From NCBI GenBank assembly GCA_963843575.1, contig CAWJKZ010000013.1, positions 704,001 through 768,000 of the forward strand: a stretch of DNA of 64,000 nucleotides. Direction: 5' to 3'. This DNA is from an uncultured Acidobacteriota bacterium. GTDB taxonomy: Bacteria; Acidobacteriota; UBA6911. Positions 31,098-41,210 of this stretch are shown here, one piece after another. A model generated the notes under the pieces. It made no database searches. It saw only the letters and a list, made by a program, of their open reading frames with translations, and was not told where the DNA came from. The position numbers and the translations under genes are program-made. How positions within the stretch are numbered: the stretch's first letter is position 1; every line of letters begins with the position of its first letter.

Positions 31098-33689
31098 ATG
31101 AGAGCCCGATCCGCCGTCATCGTCGCCCTGCTGTGCGGTTTCGCAGCCGCACGGGCCCAGGCCGAGGAGCAGTACTATCTCCCACAGGTCGTTGACGGCC
31201 GCTTCGAGCGGGGGAGCTACAGGACTACCTTTGTCTTCTTCAACAACACCGACGCCAATGTCACCGTCCTGCTGAAGTTGACCGGCGACGCCGGCGCGCC
31301 CCTGGTGGTCGGGATCGACAGTCTCGGTCGGGCCAGCGAATTCAACATCTTCCTCGCCGCGGGGGCGACCGAGATTCTGCAGACCGACGGCACGGGTGCC
31401 ATCGTCACCGGGGCAGCCTCCGTTACCACGTCCGCGAAGATCGGCGTCTCGGCCATCTTCTCGAATTTCGACGCTGACGGACGATACCTGACCGAGGCGG
31501 GGGTGGGCGGCGCTGAGCCGCAGACGGACTTTGTCCTGCCCGTCGATACCACGGGCCTGTTCAACACGGGGCTGGCGCTCTTCAATCCAGGGACCAGCCA
31601 GGCCGTCATCACTGCGGAGCTGCGCGATTCGGGCGGACAGACCGTCGCATCCGCAAACGTCGACCTGGCCGCAGGGGGGCACGTGGCGCGATTCGTGGCG
31701 GGTTCCGGTCAGCTCTTCCCCTCCGTCGCCGCATTCCAGGGAACGCTCCGGGTGCAGAGCAGCGCCCCGGTTTCGGCCTTGGTACTGCGCCAGAACGAGC
31801 TGCCCCTCTCGTACACGTCTCTGCCCGTCGTCCCGGCCGGCGCCTCGACCCTGACGCGCAACCTCGCGCAGGTGGCGACCGGTTCTTTTGACGGCGGCGT
31901 GTTCAAGACCTCGTTTCTCCTGTTCAATCTCTCGCCCGGAGCTGCCAACGCGGTCCTCGCACTGACCAGGAACGACGGCACACCGCTTTCGGTGACCGTT
32001 CCAGGGAAAGGTACGGCCAGCACCTTCAACATATCGCTTCCCGGCCGGGGTGCTGCGTTTCTGCAGACCGACGGGAGCGGGACGCTCGAGGCGGGTGCCG
32101 CGACGGTAACCTCCACTGCGCCCCTGGGCGCTTCGGCGATCTTCACCGTGTTCGACCCGCAGGGGGCATTTCAAACAGAGGCCGGCGTGGGCGACTCCCC
32201 CGCCCTGTCCACCCTGACCTTCCCGGTCGACATGACGGGCGCGCTGCAAACCGGCTTCGCCTTCTTCAATCCCGGAGCGGCCGCCGCGACGGTCACGCTC
32301 AGACTGCTGGACGCCAACGGCGTGCCCACCGGCGCGCGGTCCGTATTCACGCTCGACCCGAAAAAGCATACCGCTAAATTCGTTGCCGAGCTCTTCGACA
32401 CCACCCCGAACTTCACGGGAACCGTGTCGGTGTCGTCGACGGCGCCTGTGGCGGCTCTGACCTTGCGCCAGAACCAGACTCCGCTCTCCTACACCACGCT
32501 CCCCTCGGCCGCCGGGATTTCAGCCGGCAGCGCGGCGGCCCCGCTGCTGCTTTCTAAGACTGAGTCCGGTCTGACGTTTACGGCCAGCTCGACGTTCGAC
32601 GAGACCCTCGGGGCGGGGTTCAGGCTGACGGGCCAGACCGGGGGGCAGGGGCAGTTGCACGAGATCGTGGCGGTGCGAGCCGACGGCGCCGTCTACTCCG
32701 GCGAGGCCATTCCGGAGACGGGCCGGTACGTCATCGCGGTGCCCGCGGGCGCCTACCGGTTGAAGGGGTGTTTCCAGCCGGAGGGTTCCGGCGCGTCGGG
32801 CAGCCTCATGATGACCTATACAGAGGCGGCTCTCTTCCAGGTCTCCGCGGACACCGAGCATAACATCACGCTCCCGGCAGTTCCCCTGCACAGCGTCTCG
32901 GGCGCGATCACCGGGTTCTCCAGCCTCCCTTCAGGGTCCGGGTCCAAAATCGTGTTCACGTCCGGGGACAGCACAGCCCAGGGCTCATTCGACGTGGGCG
33001 CCGACGGGAGCTACCGGGGATTGCTCCCCGACGTCAACTATGTCGCCGGGTTGTCGGTGACCGGAATAGCTTTTCCCCCGGTCCAGCACGAGGACCTCGC
33101 CGTCTACAGCCTCGGGACCACGACCGTCAACGGCGGTCCCGTGACCGTCTCGTTCCCGAGCCCCGCGACCGCGAAGGTCTCCGGCACCGTGCGCGCCGCC
33201 TGGCTCGGGCAGTTTGCTTTCGGTATCACCGTGAACGCCACCGACAGGGCGGCGCCTCCGCCGGACATCTGCATTCTGCCCCCGGCCGACAGCGCGGCCA
33301 CCGCCGACCCGGCAGGCCAGTACCAGATCATCCTGGCCCGCGACCGGAACTACGGGATGCGGGCCGCCGTGCCCCTGCTGAAGGGCTCCCTGCGGCTCGG
33401 TACCGTCGGGTACCCTGTCAGCGGGGCCGCGCTGAACCTCGGCGCCGACGCCCCCTACGATTTCAACCTGCCGCCCCTTCCCGCCCAGGTTGCCCTCGCC
33501 GGCCGTGTGACCGACAGGCTCGGCCGGGGGGTTGAGGGCGTCACCGTCGCCGCACATACCGAAACGCTCTCGGACACCCCGAATGCCAGCTACTCTGCGA
33601 GTACTGTCACGGACGCCGAGGGCAAGTACACCCTGACCGTACTCAGCGGCTCGCACTATCAGCTGACGTTCCTCCCGCCCCTGCAATGA
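31098..33689 (+). CDS. Large secreted beta-rich protein with tandem ~230-aa duplication and C-terminal carboxypeptidase-like/prealbumin folds
   Basis: GGAGG RBS, signal peptide; LPQVVDG..RTTFVFFN..TEAGVG..SYTSLP repeated as LAQVATG..KTSFLLFN..TEAGVG..SYTTLP. Confidence 0.8.
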   Translation: MRARSAVIVALLCGFAAARAQAEEQYYLPQVVDGRFERGSYRTTFVFFNNTDANVTVLLKLTGDAGAPLVVGIDSLGRASEFNIFLAAGATEILQTDGTGAIVTGAASVTTSAKIGVSAIFSNFDADGRYLTEAGVGGAEPQTDFVLPVDTTGLFNTGLALFNPGTSQAVITAELRDSGGQTVASANVDLAAGGHVARFVAGSGQLFPSVAAFQGTLRVQSSAPVSALVLRQNELPLSYTSLPVVPAGASTLTRNLAQVATGSFDGGVFKTSFLLFNLSPGAANAVLALTRNDGTPLSVTVPGKGTASTFNISLPGRGAAFLQTDGSGTLEAGAATVTSTAPLGASAIFTVFDPQGAFQTEAGVGDSPALSTLTFPVDMTGALQTGFAFFNPGAAAATVTLRLLDANGVPTGARSVFTLDPKKHTAKFVAELFDTTPNFTGTVSVSSTAPVAALTLRQNQTPLSYTTLPSAAGISAGSAAAPLLLSKTESGLTFTASSTFDETLGAGFRLTGQTGGQGQLHEIVAVRADGAVYSGEAIPETGRYVIAVPAGAYRLKGCFQPEGSGASGSLMMTYTEAALFQVSADTEHNITLPAVPLHSVSGAITGFSSLPSGSGSKIVFTSGDSTAQGSFDVGADGSYRGLLPDVNYVAGLSVTGIAFPPVQHEDLAVYSLGTTTVNGGPVTVSFPSPATAKVSGTVRAAWLGQFAFGITVNATDRAAPPPDICILPPADSAATADPAGQYQIILARDRNYGMRAAVPLLKGSLRLGTVGYPVSGAALNLGADAPYDFNLPPLPAQVALAGRVTDRLGRGVEGVTVAAHTETLSDTPNASYSASTVTDAEGKYTLTVLSGSHYQLTFLPPLQ

Positions 33690-33779
33690 TCGCGTTCTTG
33701 CGATGAGGACTTCGGGAGGCTTCGAGGCGAATCCGCTCGAGTAGCCGCAACCTGCCAGGCAATCAGATCCATATACGGG

Positions 33780-33808
33780 TTTACAACTCAGCCGATATGA
33801 ACTATACT
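33780..33808 (+). promoter_or_regulatory. Sigma70-type promoter for dksA-like gene
   Basis: TTTACA-N17-TATACT. Confidence 0.7.
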
Positions 33809-33855
33809 TTCTGTTTTTTCACTTCAGGTGGCACCCTGGCTAGGAGGTAGTTCCT

Positions 33856-34197
33856 ATGAACAAAAGGGAACTCAAGAAATTCAAGTCCCTTCTGGAGCAG
33901 AAGCGCGATGCGATAGTCAACGCGACGGGCAAGAAGACACACTGGGACAACATGGAGAACACCCGGCGCGGCGATTTCGTGGACCAGGCGAGCGACGACA
34001 ACGAGGTCCACGTCAACATCCGCCTGCTGCAGACCGACGCCAAGCTGTTGCGCGCCATCGAGGCCGCCATTGCCCGGATCGACAGCGGCAATTTCGGTGT
34101 CTGCACGATGTGCGAGGAGGAAATCAGCGACGCCCGCCTCAACGCCGTCCCCTGGACCTCCGTCTGTATCGCGTGCAAAGAGAAAAAGACCGCCTGA
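33856..34197 (+). CDS. DksA/TraR C4 zinc-finger protein
   Basis: DFVDQA coiled-coil tip; CTMC-x17-CIAC; AGGAGG RBS. Confidence 0.92.
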   Translation: MNKRELKKFKSLLEQKRDAIVNATGKKTHWDNMENTRRGDFVDQASDDNEVHVNIRLLQTDAKLLRAIEAAIARIDSGNFGVCTMCEEEISDARLNAVPWTSVCIACKEKKTA

Positions 34198-34221
34198 GAC
34201 TACAGGGCCGAGCACGAGAGC

Positions 34222-34255
34222 GAAAAAGGCGCCCCGGAAGGGGCGCCTTTTCTCG
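34222..34255. terminator. Bidirectional intrinsic terminator
   Basis: AAAAAGGCGCCCC-GGAA-GGGGCGCCTTTT between convergent genes. Confidence 0.85.
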
Positions 34256-34266
34256 TTGTGGACGGC

Positions 34267-35130
34267 TCACACGCCGGGCCCCGCCTCGCCCGAACCACCC
34301 CTTGTTGCGATATAGATCCCCAGCAGGATGACGGCCCCCCCCGCGAGCTTGATTGGGGTCAACTGTTCGCCCAGGAAGATCCATGCCAGGGTGCTGGCAC
34401 CGACCGGTTCGGCGAGCGCGATCAGGGCGACCAGTCCGGGAGAGAGCCAGCGCAGGGACCAGTTGAACGCCGTGTGCCCGATGCACTGAGGGATCAGCCC
34501 GAGCAGAAATAGCAGAACAAAGGCCGACCGCGGAAATCCGCGCAGCGGTACCCCGGAGACCAGGGAGGCAGCCGTCAACACCAGGGCGGCCACCGCGTAC
34601 ACGGGCCAGACGTAGGCAATCAACGACAGCCGGGGTCGCAGGCGGGCGCCGGCCAGCAGGTAGCCGGCCATCGCCACCGCCCCGCCCACGGCGAGCAGGT
34701 TTCCCCGCAGGGTGGCCGCGGAAGCCTCCCAGTCGCCGTGGAAAACCACCACGCAACCGACGAACGCCGTGGCCAGTCCGGCCCAGAACGCGCCCGAAGC
34801 CGGCCGGCGCAGGATGAAGGCCATGGCCAGCCCGATGAAGAACGGAGTCGTGTCGACGAGCAGCACGGAGCTGGCCACCGAGGTGTAGTCGAGCGACGCG
34901 ATCCAGAGCGCAAAATGCAGGGCCAGCGCCGTTCCCGCCAGGAAGAACTTCGGCCAGTCCGCGTGCAGCGCGCGGGCAAGCTCAGGGGCCGCCCCGCGGG
35001 CCAGGAACGGCGAGAGGATCACGGTCGCCCACGCCATCCGGTACGCGGCGATCGCGAGGGCGGGGACCGACGGCGACACCAGGCGCACGAGGAGCGAGCC
35101 GCACGAAACCGCGAGCAACCCGATTGTCAT
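34267..35130 (-). CDS. DMT/EamA family transporter
   Basis: AIAAYRM, ALHFALWIASLDYTSVA, GHTAFNWSL, EPVGA; about 10 TM; start approximate. Confidence 0.88.
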   Translation of the reverse strand: MTIGLLAVSCGSLLVRLVSPSVPALAIAAYRMAWATVILSPFLARGAAPELARALHADWPKFFLAGTALALHFALWIASLDYTSVASSVLLVDTTPFFIGLAMAFILRRPASGAFWAGLATAFVGCVVVFHGDWEASAATLRGNLLAVGGAVAMAGYLLAGARLRPRLSLIAYVWPVYAVAALVLTAASLVSGVPLRGFPRSAFVLLFLLGLIPQCIGHTAFNWSLRWLSPGLVALIALAEPVGASTLAWIFLGEQLTPIKLAGGAVILLGIYIATRGGSGEAGPGV

Positions 35131-35301
35131 GAACAAGGCGACGCGTGTGCCGCCGGGCCGGCCCAAATCAGCTCCCTTCCTGGTCCGAGTTAACCCGCGG
35201 ATTATACGTCGCAACGATCCGAGCCCGATGTATCGTTTAAGGTGACCGTGAAATGTCCGGCATGGGAGTGGATCGGCTTCCGCGCTCCCGGGAGGGTTGG
35301 G

Positions 35302-35877
35302 TTGGCACGCATCTACACGAAAACGGGCGATGACGGGACCACGGGCCTGATCGGCGGGAAGAGGGTTTCCAAGGACGATCTGCGGATCGAGGCTTACGGA
35401 TCGGTCGACGAGCTGAACTCCGTTCTGGGAGTCGTCCGCAGCTACGCTCCTCCCGCCCCGGTCGAAGAGATCTTGCGGCGCGTCCAGGACGATCTGTTCA
35501 CGGTGGGCGCGCAGCTCGCCACCCCGGACGTCGCTGGCGCGGTCCGGCCTGCTTACGTGGCATTGAGCGACGAGGCCGTGGCTGCCCTCGAATCGGCGAT
35601 CGATCGCTGCGAGGCGGGTCTCCCGTCCCTGGACCGATTCATACTCCCCGGGGGTACCGTCCCGGGTGCGCTGCTGCATCTGGCGCGCACCGTGACGCGC
35701 CGGGCGGAGAGGTGCTGCGTCCGGCTGGCGCGCGACGAGACCGTCGGCGCCGTGATCCTCAGCTACCTGAACCGTCTGTCGGACCTGCTGTTCGTGCTGG
35801 CCCGCCTTGTCAACCTGGAGGCCGGCGCCCCCGAGACGCACCCGGCTTTCGGCCGCACCAGGCCCGGGCCCACGTAG
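35302..35877 (+). CDS. PduO-type cob(I)alamin adenosyltransferase
   Basis: IYTKTGDDGTT, AYGSVDELNS, FILPGG, RTVTRRAER, YLNRLSD; TTG start after GGAGG. Confidence 0.95.
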   Translation: MARIYTKTGDDGTTGLIGGKRVSKDDLRIEAYGSVDELNSVLGVVRSYAPPAPVEEILRRVQDDLFTVGAQLATPDVAGAVRPAYVALSDEAVAALESAIDRCEAGLPSLDRFILPGGTVPGALLHLARTVTRRAERCCVRLARDETVGAVILSYLNRLSDLLFVLARLVNLEAGAPETHPAFGRTRPGPT

Positions 35878-36089
35878 CGAACCAGTTGCCGGACGATTGC
35901 AGGATCGGGTGGACGGGGACGGCATGGCCAACGGGGCACGATATGATGGCTCTGTGGGACGCGGCGAGCCGCCGCGGCCCACTCACCCGGCTATGTGGCA
36001 TATTGCACTCTCGGCCGATAAGCAGAAAGCGGCGCCGGCCCGCCGTCGCTGATCTACAACCGAACCGAGCCGCTTGCGAGGGAGGATCG

Positions 36090-36752
36090 ATGGAAAAGCA
36101 GTACGTGATCGATGCGATCGGCATGTCCGAATCGTGGCGCCTGTTCCGGATCATGGCGGAGTTTGTCGACGGGTTCGAGACGCTCTCCCGTCTGAAACCG
36201 GGAGTCTCGTTCTTCGGCTCCGCGCGTGTACCGCGCGACGGCCCGGAATACCAAACCACCTACGAACTGGCCAAGGCCGTTTCGGCTGCCGGCTACCCGA
36301 TCATCACGGGCGGCGGGCCAGGGGTGATGGAGGCCGCGAACCGGGGGGCGTACGAAGCCGGGGGCGAGTCGGTCGGGATGAACATCGCGCTGCCCATGGA
36401 GCAGCGCGCCAACCCTTACATAAAGACCTTCCTGAATTTTCGGTACTTCTTCGTCCGGAAGGTCATGTTCGTGAAGTATTCCCAGGCCTTTGTCATCATG
36501 CCGGGCGGATTCGGCACGCTGGACGAGTTGTTCGAATCGGTAACCCTGATCCAGACCCACAAGATCCAACCGTTCCCCGTCATCATGATGGGCACGGCGT
36601 TCTGGTCGCCGCTCATCCGCTGGATCGAGGACAAACTGATCGTCGAGGGGCTCATTTCGCCGATCGACCGCAAGATTCTCAACGTCGTGGATACGCCCGA
36701 AGAGGTCCTCCACATCCTGCAAAACACGAAAATACCGGAGTGCGTCGCCTGA
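36090..36752 (+). CDS. LOG-family nucleotide N-glycosidase (TIGR00730-like)
   Basis: FFGSAR, ITGGGPGVMEAAN, YFFVRKVMF, PGGFGTLDE. Confidence 0.93.
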   Translation: MEKQYVIDAIGMSESWRLFRIMAEFVDGFETLSRLKPGVSFFGSARVPRDGPEYQTTYELAKAVSAAGYPIITGGGPGVMEAANRGAYEAGGESVGMNIALPMEQRANPYIKTFLNFRYFFVRKVMFVKYSQAFVIMPGGFGTLDELFESVTLIQTHKIQPFPVIMMGTAFWSPLIRWIEDKLIVEGLISPIDRKILNVVDTPEEVLHILQNTKIPECVA

Positions 36753-36760
36753 CCCGGACG

Positions 36761-37294
36761 ATGCTCATCATCGCAGGCGCCTTCACGACCGCCGGCGGGA
36801 TCTTCCTGCTCCTGTGGTACAGGACGCTCGCCGGCCTGCCCCGAAGACAGCAGCCGCCCTGGGTCCGGCGGACTCCGTTCAAATGGGCCGCTCCTGTCCT
36901 GGGTGCGACGATGTTCGCCGGGGGATTGTTTGCGCTGGCGCGGGCCACTCCTGCCGCCGCTTGGGCAGGGGCCGTCCTTTCGATCCTGATCGCCTTCGCG
37001 CTCCTGCGATTTGACCGCTACTCGGCGACCATGCGGATCATCCACGATCACTACCTCCAGGTCCTCCGGGAGAAGAGCGGGGCGACCGAGACCGATGCCC
37101 TTTTCCTTACCGCCCGCTGGCGCTACCCGGACTGGTCCGAGGACCGCATCGCGGAACTGATTGCGGGCAAGGGCATCGAGAGTGTTATCCTTCTAATGAC
37201 CATACAAGAAAACAGTATTCACCCCATTTCCGACTGGGAGCTCTATCGATCGCTGCGCGCCAAGGCGGCGCGGATCGTGCGCGCGGCCCGGTGA
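36761..37294 (+). CDS. Hypothetical membrane protein
   Basis: Three hydrophobic segments then soluble C-terminus; tightly packed in operon. Confidence 0.7.
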   Translation: MLIIAGAFTTAGGIFLLLWYRTLAGLPRRQQPPWVRRTPFKWAAPVLGATMFAGGLFALARATPAAAWAGAVLSILIAFALLRFDRYSATMRIIHDHYLQVLREKSGATETDALFLTARWRYPDWSEDRIAELIAGKGIESVILLMTIQENSIHPISDWELYRSLRAKAARIVRAAR

Positions 37295-37295
37295 G

Positions 37296-37859
37296 ATGCC
37301 TATGAGACTCCCATTGTTCTGTTCGCTGGTGCTGTTCCTCTGTGCCGGTCTCCCGGTGGCAACCCGTGCTCGCGCGCAGCAGGACGCGGCGGGCCAGCCG
37401 CAGGCCCCGGCTCCGGACCTGCCGAAATACCTGGAGGTGACCCCGCTGCTCGGGACCGGTGGGCAGCCGACCGACGCGGGGCTGAAATCGCTGCGCGAGA
37501 AAGGCTACCGGGCGGTGGTCAACCTGCGGACCGCGCAGGAGAAGGTGGATCTGGCCGCGGAAGAAAAGCTCGCCCGCGCGCTCGGCCTGAGCTACTACTC
37601 GGTACCCCTCGTCGGGACTGCTCCCGAAGAGAGCAGCGCCCTGGAGTTCCTGCGGGTCATGGACGGACTGAAGGGCGAGAAGGTCTTCGTCCATTGCGCC
37701 ACCGCCAACCGGGTCGGGTCCGTGGTCATGATCCAGCGCGTGCTGCGCGACGGCCTCACGTTGGAAAAGGCCGAGGAGGAGGCGGCGCGCATCGGGCTCC
37801 GCACGGACATCCTGCGCACTTTCGCCCGGGAATTCATCCTGAGACACCCGAAGCCGTAA
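37296..37859 (+). CDS. Exported DUF442/PTP-like protein (Cx5R)
   Basis: Signal peptide; GGQPT, VVNLRT..E, FVHCATANRVG. Confidence 0.8.
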   Translation: MPMRLPLFCSLVLFLCAGLPVATRARAQQDAAGQPQAPAPDLPKYLEVTPLLGTGGQPTDAGLKSLREKGYRAVVNLRTAQEKVDLAAEEKLARALGLSYYSVPLVGTAPEESSALEFLRVMDGLKGEKVFVHCATANRVGSVVMIQRVLRDGLTLEKAEEEAARIGLRTDILRTFAREFILRHPKP

Positions 37860-37915
37860 ACCATTTGCCCTTCCTGGCGTATCAACCCCGTGCTCCCTGA
37901 AGGCCAGGCCTGCGT

Positions 37916-39142
37916 ATGGAACTTCTCGAAGGCATCCTGATCGCGCTTGAGGCGCTGTGGGCCAACAAGCTGCGGACCATCCTGACGCTGTTGGGCAACA
38001 TCGTCGGGGTGATGTCGGTCATCGCCGTCGTCAGCATCATCGACGGCATGAACATGTTCATCCGCAACGAGGTCGCGAGCGAGGGGTCCGGGGTTTTCAG
38101 GGTCCAGCAAGTCAACGAACTCGACATACTCTCGGATTTCGAAAAATTTCTAAAGTCGCTGCACAACCCGAAAATCACCCTCTCCGACCTCGACGCCCTG
38201 CGCGAACGCGTGACGCTCGCGCAGTATATCGATGCCAGCCAATCCAACCAGAGTGAAGTGCGGTACCAGCGCCGCTATATCAAATCGGTCCAGGTCGAAG
38301 GGCGGTCGGAGTACTATCCGATGCTCGGGAACTTCGATCTGAAAGACGGCAGACACCTCTCCCCCCAGGAGGTCCGTCACAACGAGTACGTCGCGGTCAT
38401 CGGGTCCGATATCGCCGAGCGTATGTACCCCGGCCAGGACCCGATCGGGCGGGAGATCAAGATCGCCGGCATCTCACACCGGATCATCGGCGTGTTCGAA
38501 AAAAGGGCGGGCTTCCTCAGCGGCAACCCCAATCTGAACGTCACCGTCCCGATCACCGCCTTTCAGAAAACCTTCGGCACCCACAAGAGCCTGCGGATCG
38601 CCATCAAGTCCGCAGACCTCGACAGGGTCGAGGAGTGCGTGGACCAGACCCGGCTGGTCATGCGCGGCCTGCGTCATCTGGGGCCGCGGCGGGAAGACAA
38701 TTTCGCCATCGTGACGTCCGACAACCTGCTGAAGATCTGGGCGGGCATCAGCCAGGGCATCTTCGCCGCGCTGATCGGCATCGTGTCCATAAGCCTGGTG
38801 GTCGGCGGGATCGTGATCATGAACATCATGCTCGTGTCGGTCACCGAACGGACCCGGGAAATCGGGATCCGCAAGGCCGTCGGGGCCACCCGCACCAACA
38901 TCCTCTGGCAATTCCTGGTCGAGTCGATCACCTTATCGAGCGTCGGCGGGGTGCTCGGAATCCTCCTGGGTTTCGCGGCGGCTGCGGCCATAGCGTACTT
39001 CTCCCCCCTGCCCTATGCGATCAAAGTGTGGTCGATTGCCGTCGGGCTGGGGGTGACGTTCGCCGTCGGGATATTCTTCGGCATCTACCCTGCGATACAG
39101 GCCGCGCGCCTGGACCCTATCGAGGCACTCCGCTATGAATAG
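37916..39142 (+). CDS. MacB/FtsX-type ABC permease
   Basis: NKLRTILTLLG, GGIVIMNIMLVSVTERTREIGIRKAVGA, PAIQAARLDPIEALRYE. Confidence 0.95.
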   Translation: MELLEGILIALEALWANKLRTILTLLGNIVGVMSVIAVVSIIDGMNMFIRNEVASEGSGVFRVQQVNELDILSDFEKFLKSLHNPKITLSDLDALRERVTLAQYIDASQSNQSEVRYQRRYIKSVQVEGRSEYYPMLGNFDLKDGRHLSPQEVRHNEYVAVIGSDIAERMYPGQDPIGREIKIAGISHRIIGVFEKRAGFLSGNPNLNVTVPITAFQKTFGTHKSLRIAIKSADLDRVEECVDQTRLVMRGLRHLGPRREDNFAIVTSDNLLKIWAGISQGIFAALIGIVSISLVVGGIVIMNIMLVSVTERTREIGIRKAVGATRTNILWQFLVESITLSSVGGVLGILLGFAAAAAIAYFSPLPYAIKVWSIAVGLGVTFAVGIFFGIYPAIQAARLDPIEALRYE

Positions 39143-40388
39143 GGCGCGCAGGACGGACCTGGTCCGGGAAAACCTCTGGATCGCCACCGACGTACTCTGG
39201 GCGCACAAGCTGCGCAGCTCGCTCATCGTGCTCGGGGTGGCGATCGGGGTCGCGGCCCTGATGGGCATGGTGTCGATCCTGCTCGGCCTGAGCGAGAAGA
39301 TCCATCGCGACATTCAATCTTCCGAGCAGACGCTCGTGATCCTGGACAAGTTCGACTTCTTCGTCGGCGGGTTCGACGAGGCGATGCTGCACCGCAAGGA
39401 AATCACCGACGACGACGCCCGGGCGCTGCGCGACCAGTGCAGCAGCCTGCAGCACGTCACGTACATCATGGAACCGCAGGGGCGGCCCCCCTACACGCTC
39501 TATTACGGCAACGAGAAGAGCCGGATGATTCAGATCGTGGGCTCACAGCCCTCGCTGTTTCAGGTCTGGAGCCTCGACCTGGAGGTCGGCCGGATGTTTA
39601 CCGAGGAAGAGGTGTTGCATCGGGCCAAGGTGGTCGTCCTCGGCTTCAGCCCGCGCCGCGACCTGTTCCCGAACCGGGACCCGATCGGCAAGAAGGTCAA
39701 GATCGGCAACGACGACTACCAGGTGATAGGCGCCTTCGTCGAACGGAAGACGCTTTTCGGCGCCATGGGGGAGAACTTCGCCATCGTCCCATTCACCACC
39801 TTCAAGGCGAACCTCTGGCAGGAACACGACATGCAGCGAGCCTTCGGGGCGGTGCGCAGCGGCTTTTCGGTCGAGGCCGCGAAGGACGACGTCACGCGGG
39901 TCATGCGGGTGCGTCGCAAGCTGAAGGCGAACCAGGAAAACGACTTTGCCGTGACCAGCTCCGATGCGGCGCTCGAGTTTATCAACCGGATCACGGCCCC
40001 GATCGCCGGCATACTGGCCGCCATCTCCTCGATCGCGCTCCTGGTCGGCGGCATCGGAGTGATGAATATGATGCTGGTCTCGGTGACCGAACGCACCGGC
40101 GAGATCGGCATCCGCAAGGCGGTCGGCGCCACCCGTCAGGACATCCTGTGGCAGTTCCTGATCGAAGCCGGGCTGCTGACCGGAGCAGGGGGCGTGATCG
40201 GGGTTTCGATGGGGCTCGGGGCAGCTCTGATCGTGTCGGCGCTCACCGGACTGCCGAGCCGCGTTTCGCCCCCCTACATCCTGGTCGCGGTCTGCTTCTC
40301 CGTGGCGATAGGAGTCTTCTTCGGGCTGTACCCTGCCAATCGCGCTTCCAAGCTCGATCCCGTCAACGCCATGGGCTACGCCAAGTAA
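39135..40388 (+). CDS. MacB/FtsX-type ABC permease
   Basis: HKLRSSLIVLGV, GGIGVMNMMLVSVTERT.EIGIRKAVGA, PANRASKLDPV. Confidence 0.95.
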   Translation: MNRARRTDLVRENLWIATDVLWAHKLRSSLIVLGVAIGVAALMGMVSILLGLSEKIHRDIQSSEQTLVILDKFDFFVGGFDEAMLHRKEITDDDARALRDQCSSLQHVTYIMEPQGRPPYTLYYGNEKSRMIQIVGSQPSLFQVWSLDLEVGRMFTEEEVLHRAKVVVLGFSPRRDLFPNRDPIGKKVKIGNDDYQVIGAFVERKTLFGAMGENFAIVPFTTFKANLWQEHDMQRAFGAVRSGFSVEAAKDDVTRVMRVRRKLKANQENDFAVTSSDAALEFINRITAPIAGILAAISSIALLVGGIGVMNMMLVSVTERTGEIGIRKAVGATRQDILWQFLIEAGLLTGAGGVIGVSMGLGAALIVSALTGLPSRVSPPYILVAVCFSVAIGVFFGLYPANRASKLDPVNAMGYAK

Positions 40389-40420
40389 GCCGCAAGGCCG
40401 CCGGCGCCAGCCGTCCAACA

Positions 40421-40467
40421 CCAGAAAGACCCGGACAAGCGATACCGGCTTGTCCGGGTCTTTCTGG
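40421..40467. terminator. Perfect 20-bp inverted repeat (terminator-like hairpin)
   Basis: CCAGAAAGACCCGGACAAGC-GATACCG-GCTTGTCCGGGTCTTTCTGG between convergent genes. Confidence 0.7.
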
Positions 40468-40563
40468 CTCTCGGACCGGACGCGAGGACCGAGCCTTCGA
40501 GCGCTTCCTCGTCGAGTTTCCGAGGTGAGTGTCCAGGGTTTCCCCCGGCACTCAGGGCAGGCG

Positions 40564-40942
40564 CTACTCCTTGACCCGCTTGGCTACCATTTCGCGGGGA
40601 GGCATATCCTGGACCAAACTGGACGGTCAGCTTGATCTCGTCCCCGGAGACCTTCCCCTTGTACTCCATCTTCCGTTCCTGTCCGCCCATATTCCGCACG
40701 ACCGTGAAGGAGATGTCGTCGCCGGTGATCTTCCCGTCGGTGATGGCCGTGTCTCCCTGCCGGCCACTGACCGTGCCGGTGAGCTTGTCGCCGTCCGCCT
40801 TGAAGGTGAAGTTCGTCGTCCGCGTCTGACCGTCAGGAGTGGTCATCTCGGATTTCCACTTGCCGTCGATCGTGGCCGCGGTGGCAGCCATGGCCACCAG
40901 CCCGATCAGGGCGAGGGCCACCAGCAGTTCTCGTGTACGCAT
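40564..40942 (-). CDS. Small secreted beta-strand protein; one frameshift near 40612
   Basis: Signal peptide; IDGKW..FTFKADGDKLTG..DGKITGDDISF..YKGKVSGDEIK; alternative frame ends DMPPREMVAKRVKE*. Confidence 0.78.
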
Positions 40943-41210
40943 TGTGATTTCCTTTCGCAGGATGGGTTGTCGTCAGGGTATCCCGCATATAACTAAAGGA
41001 TACGCCGTCGTCGTCCCCCCGTTACAGGCCAATCGGCGGAGGCGGCCCGGCGCCCCCCCGGCGAGTCCCCTGTCGCTGTGGCCGGGCGAAGTGCGGGATC
41101 GCAGGACCAGGCCACCCAACCGACTCAGATTCCACTCGGGACCCGCGCTTTCTGGTGTACACTCCCCCGGTGTCGGTCGAGAAAGAAACAAGCTTTTTAT
41201 AGGGAAAACC

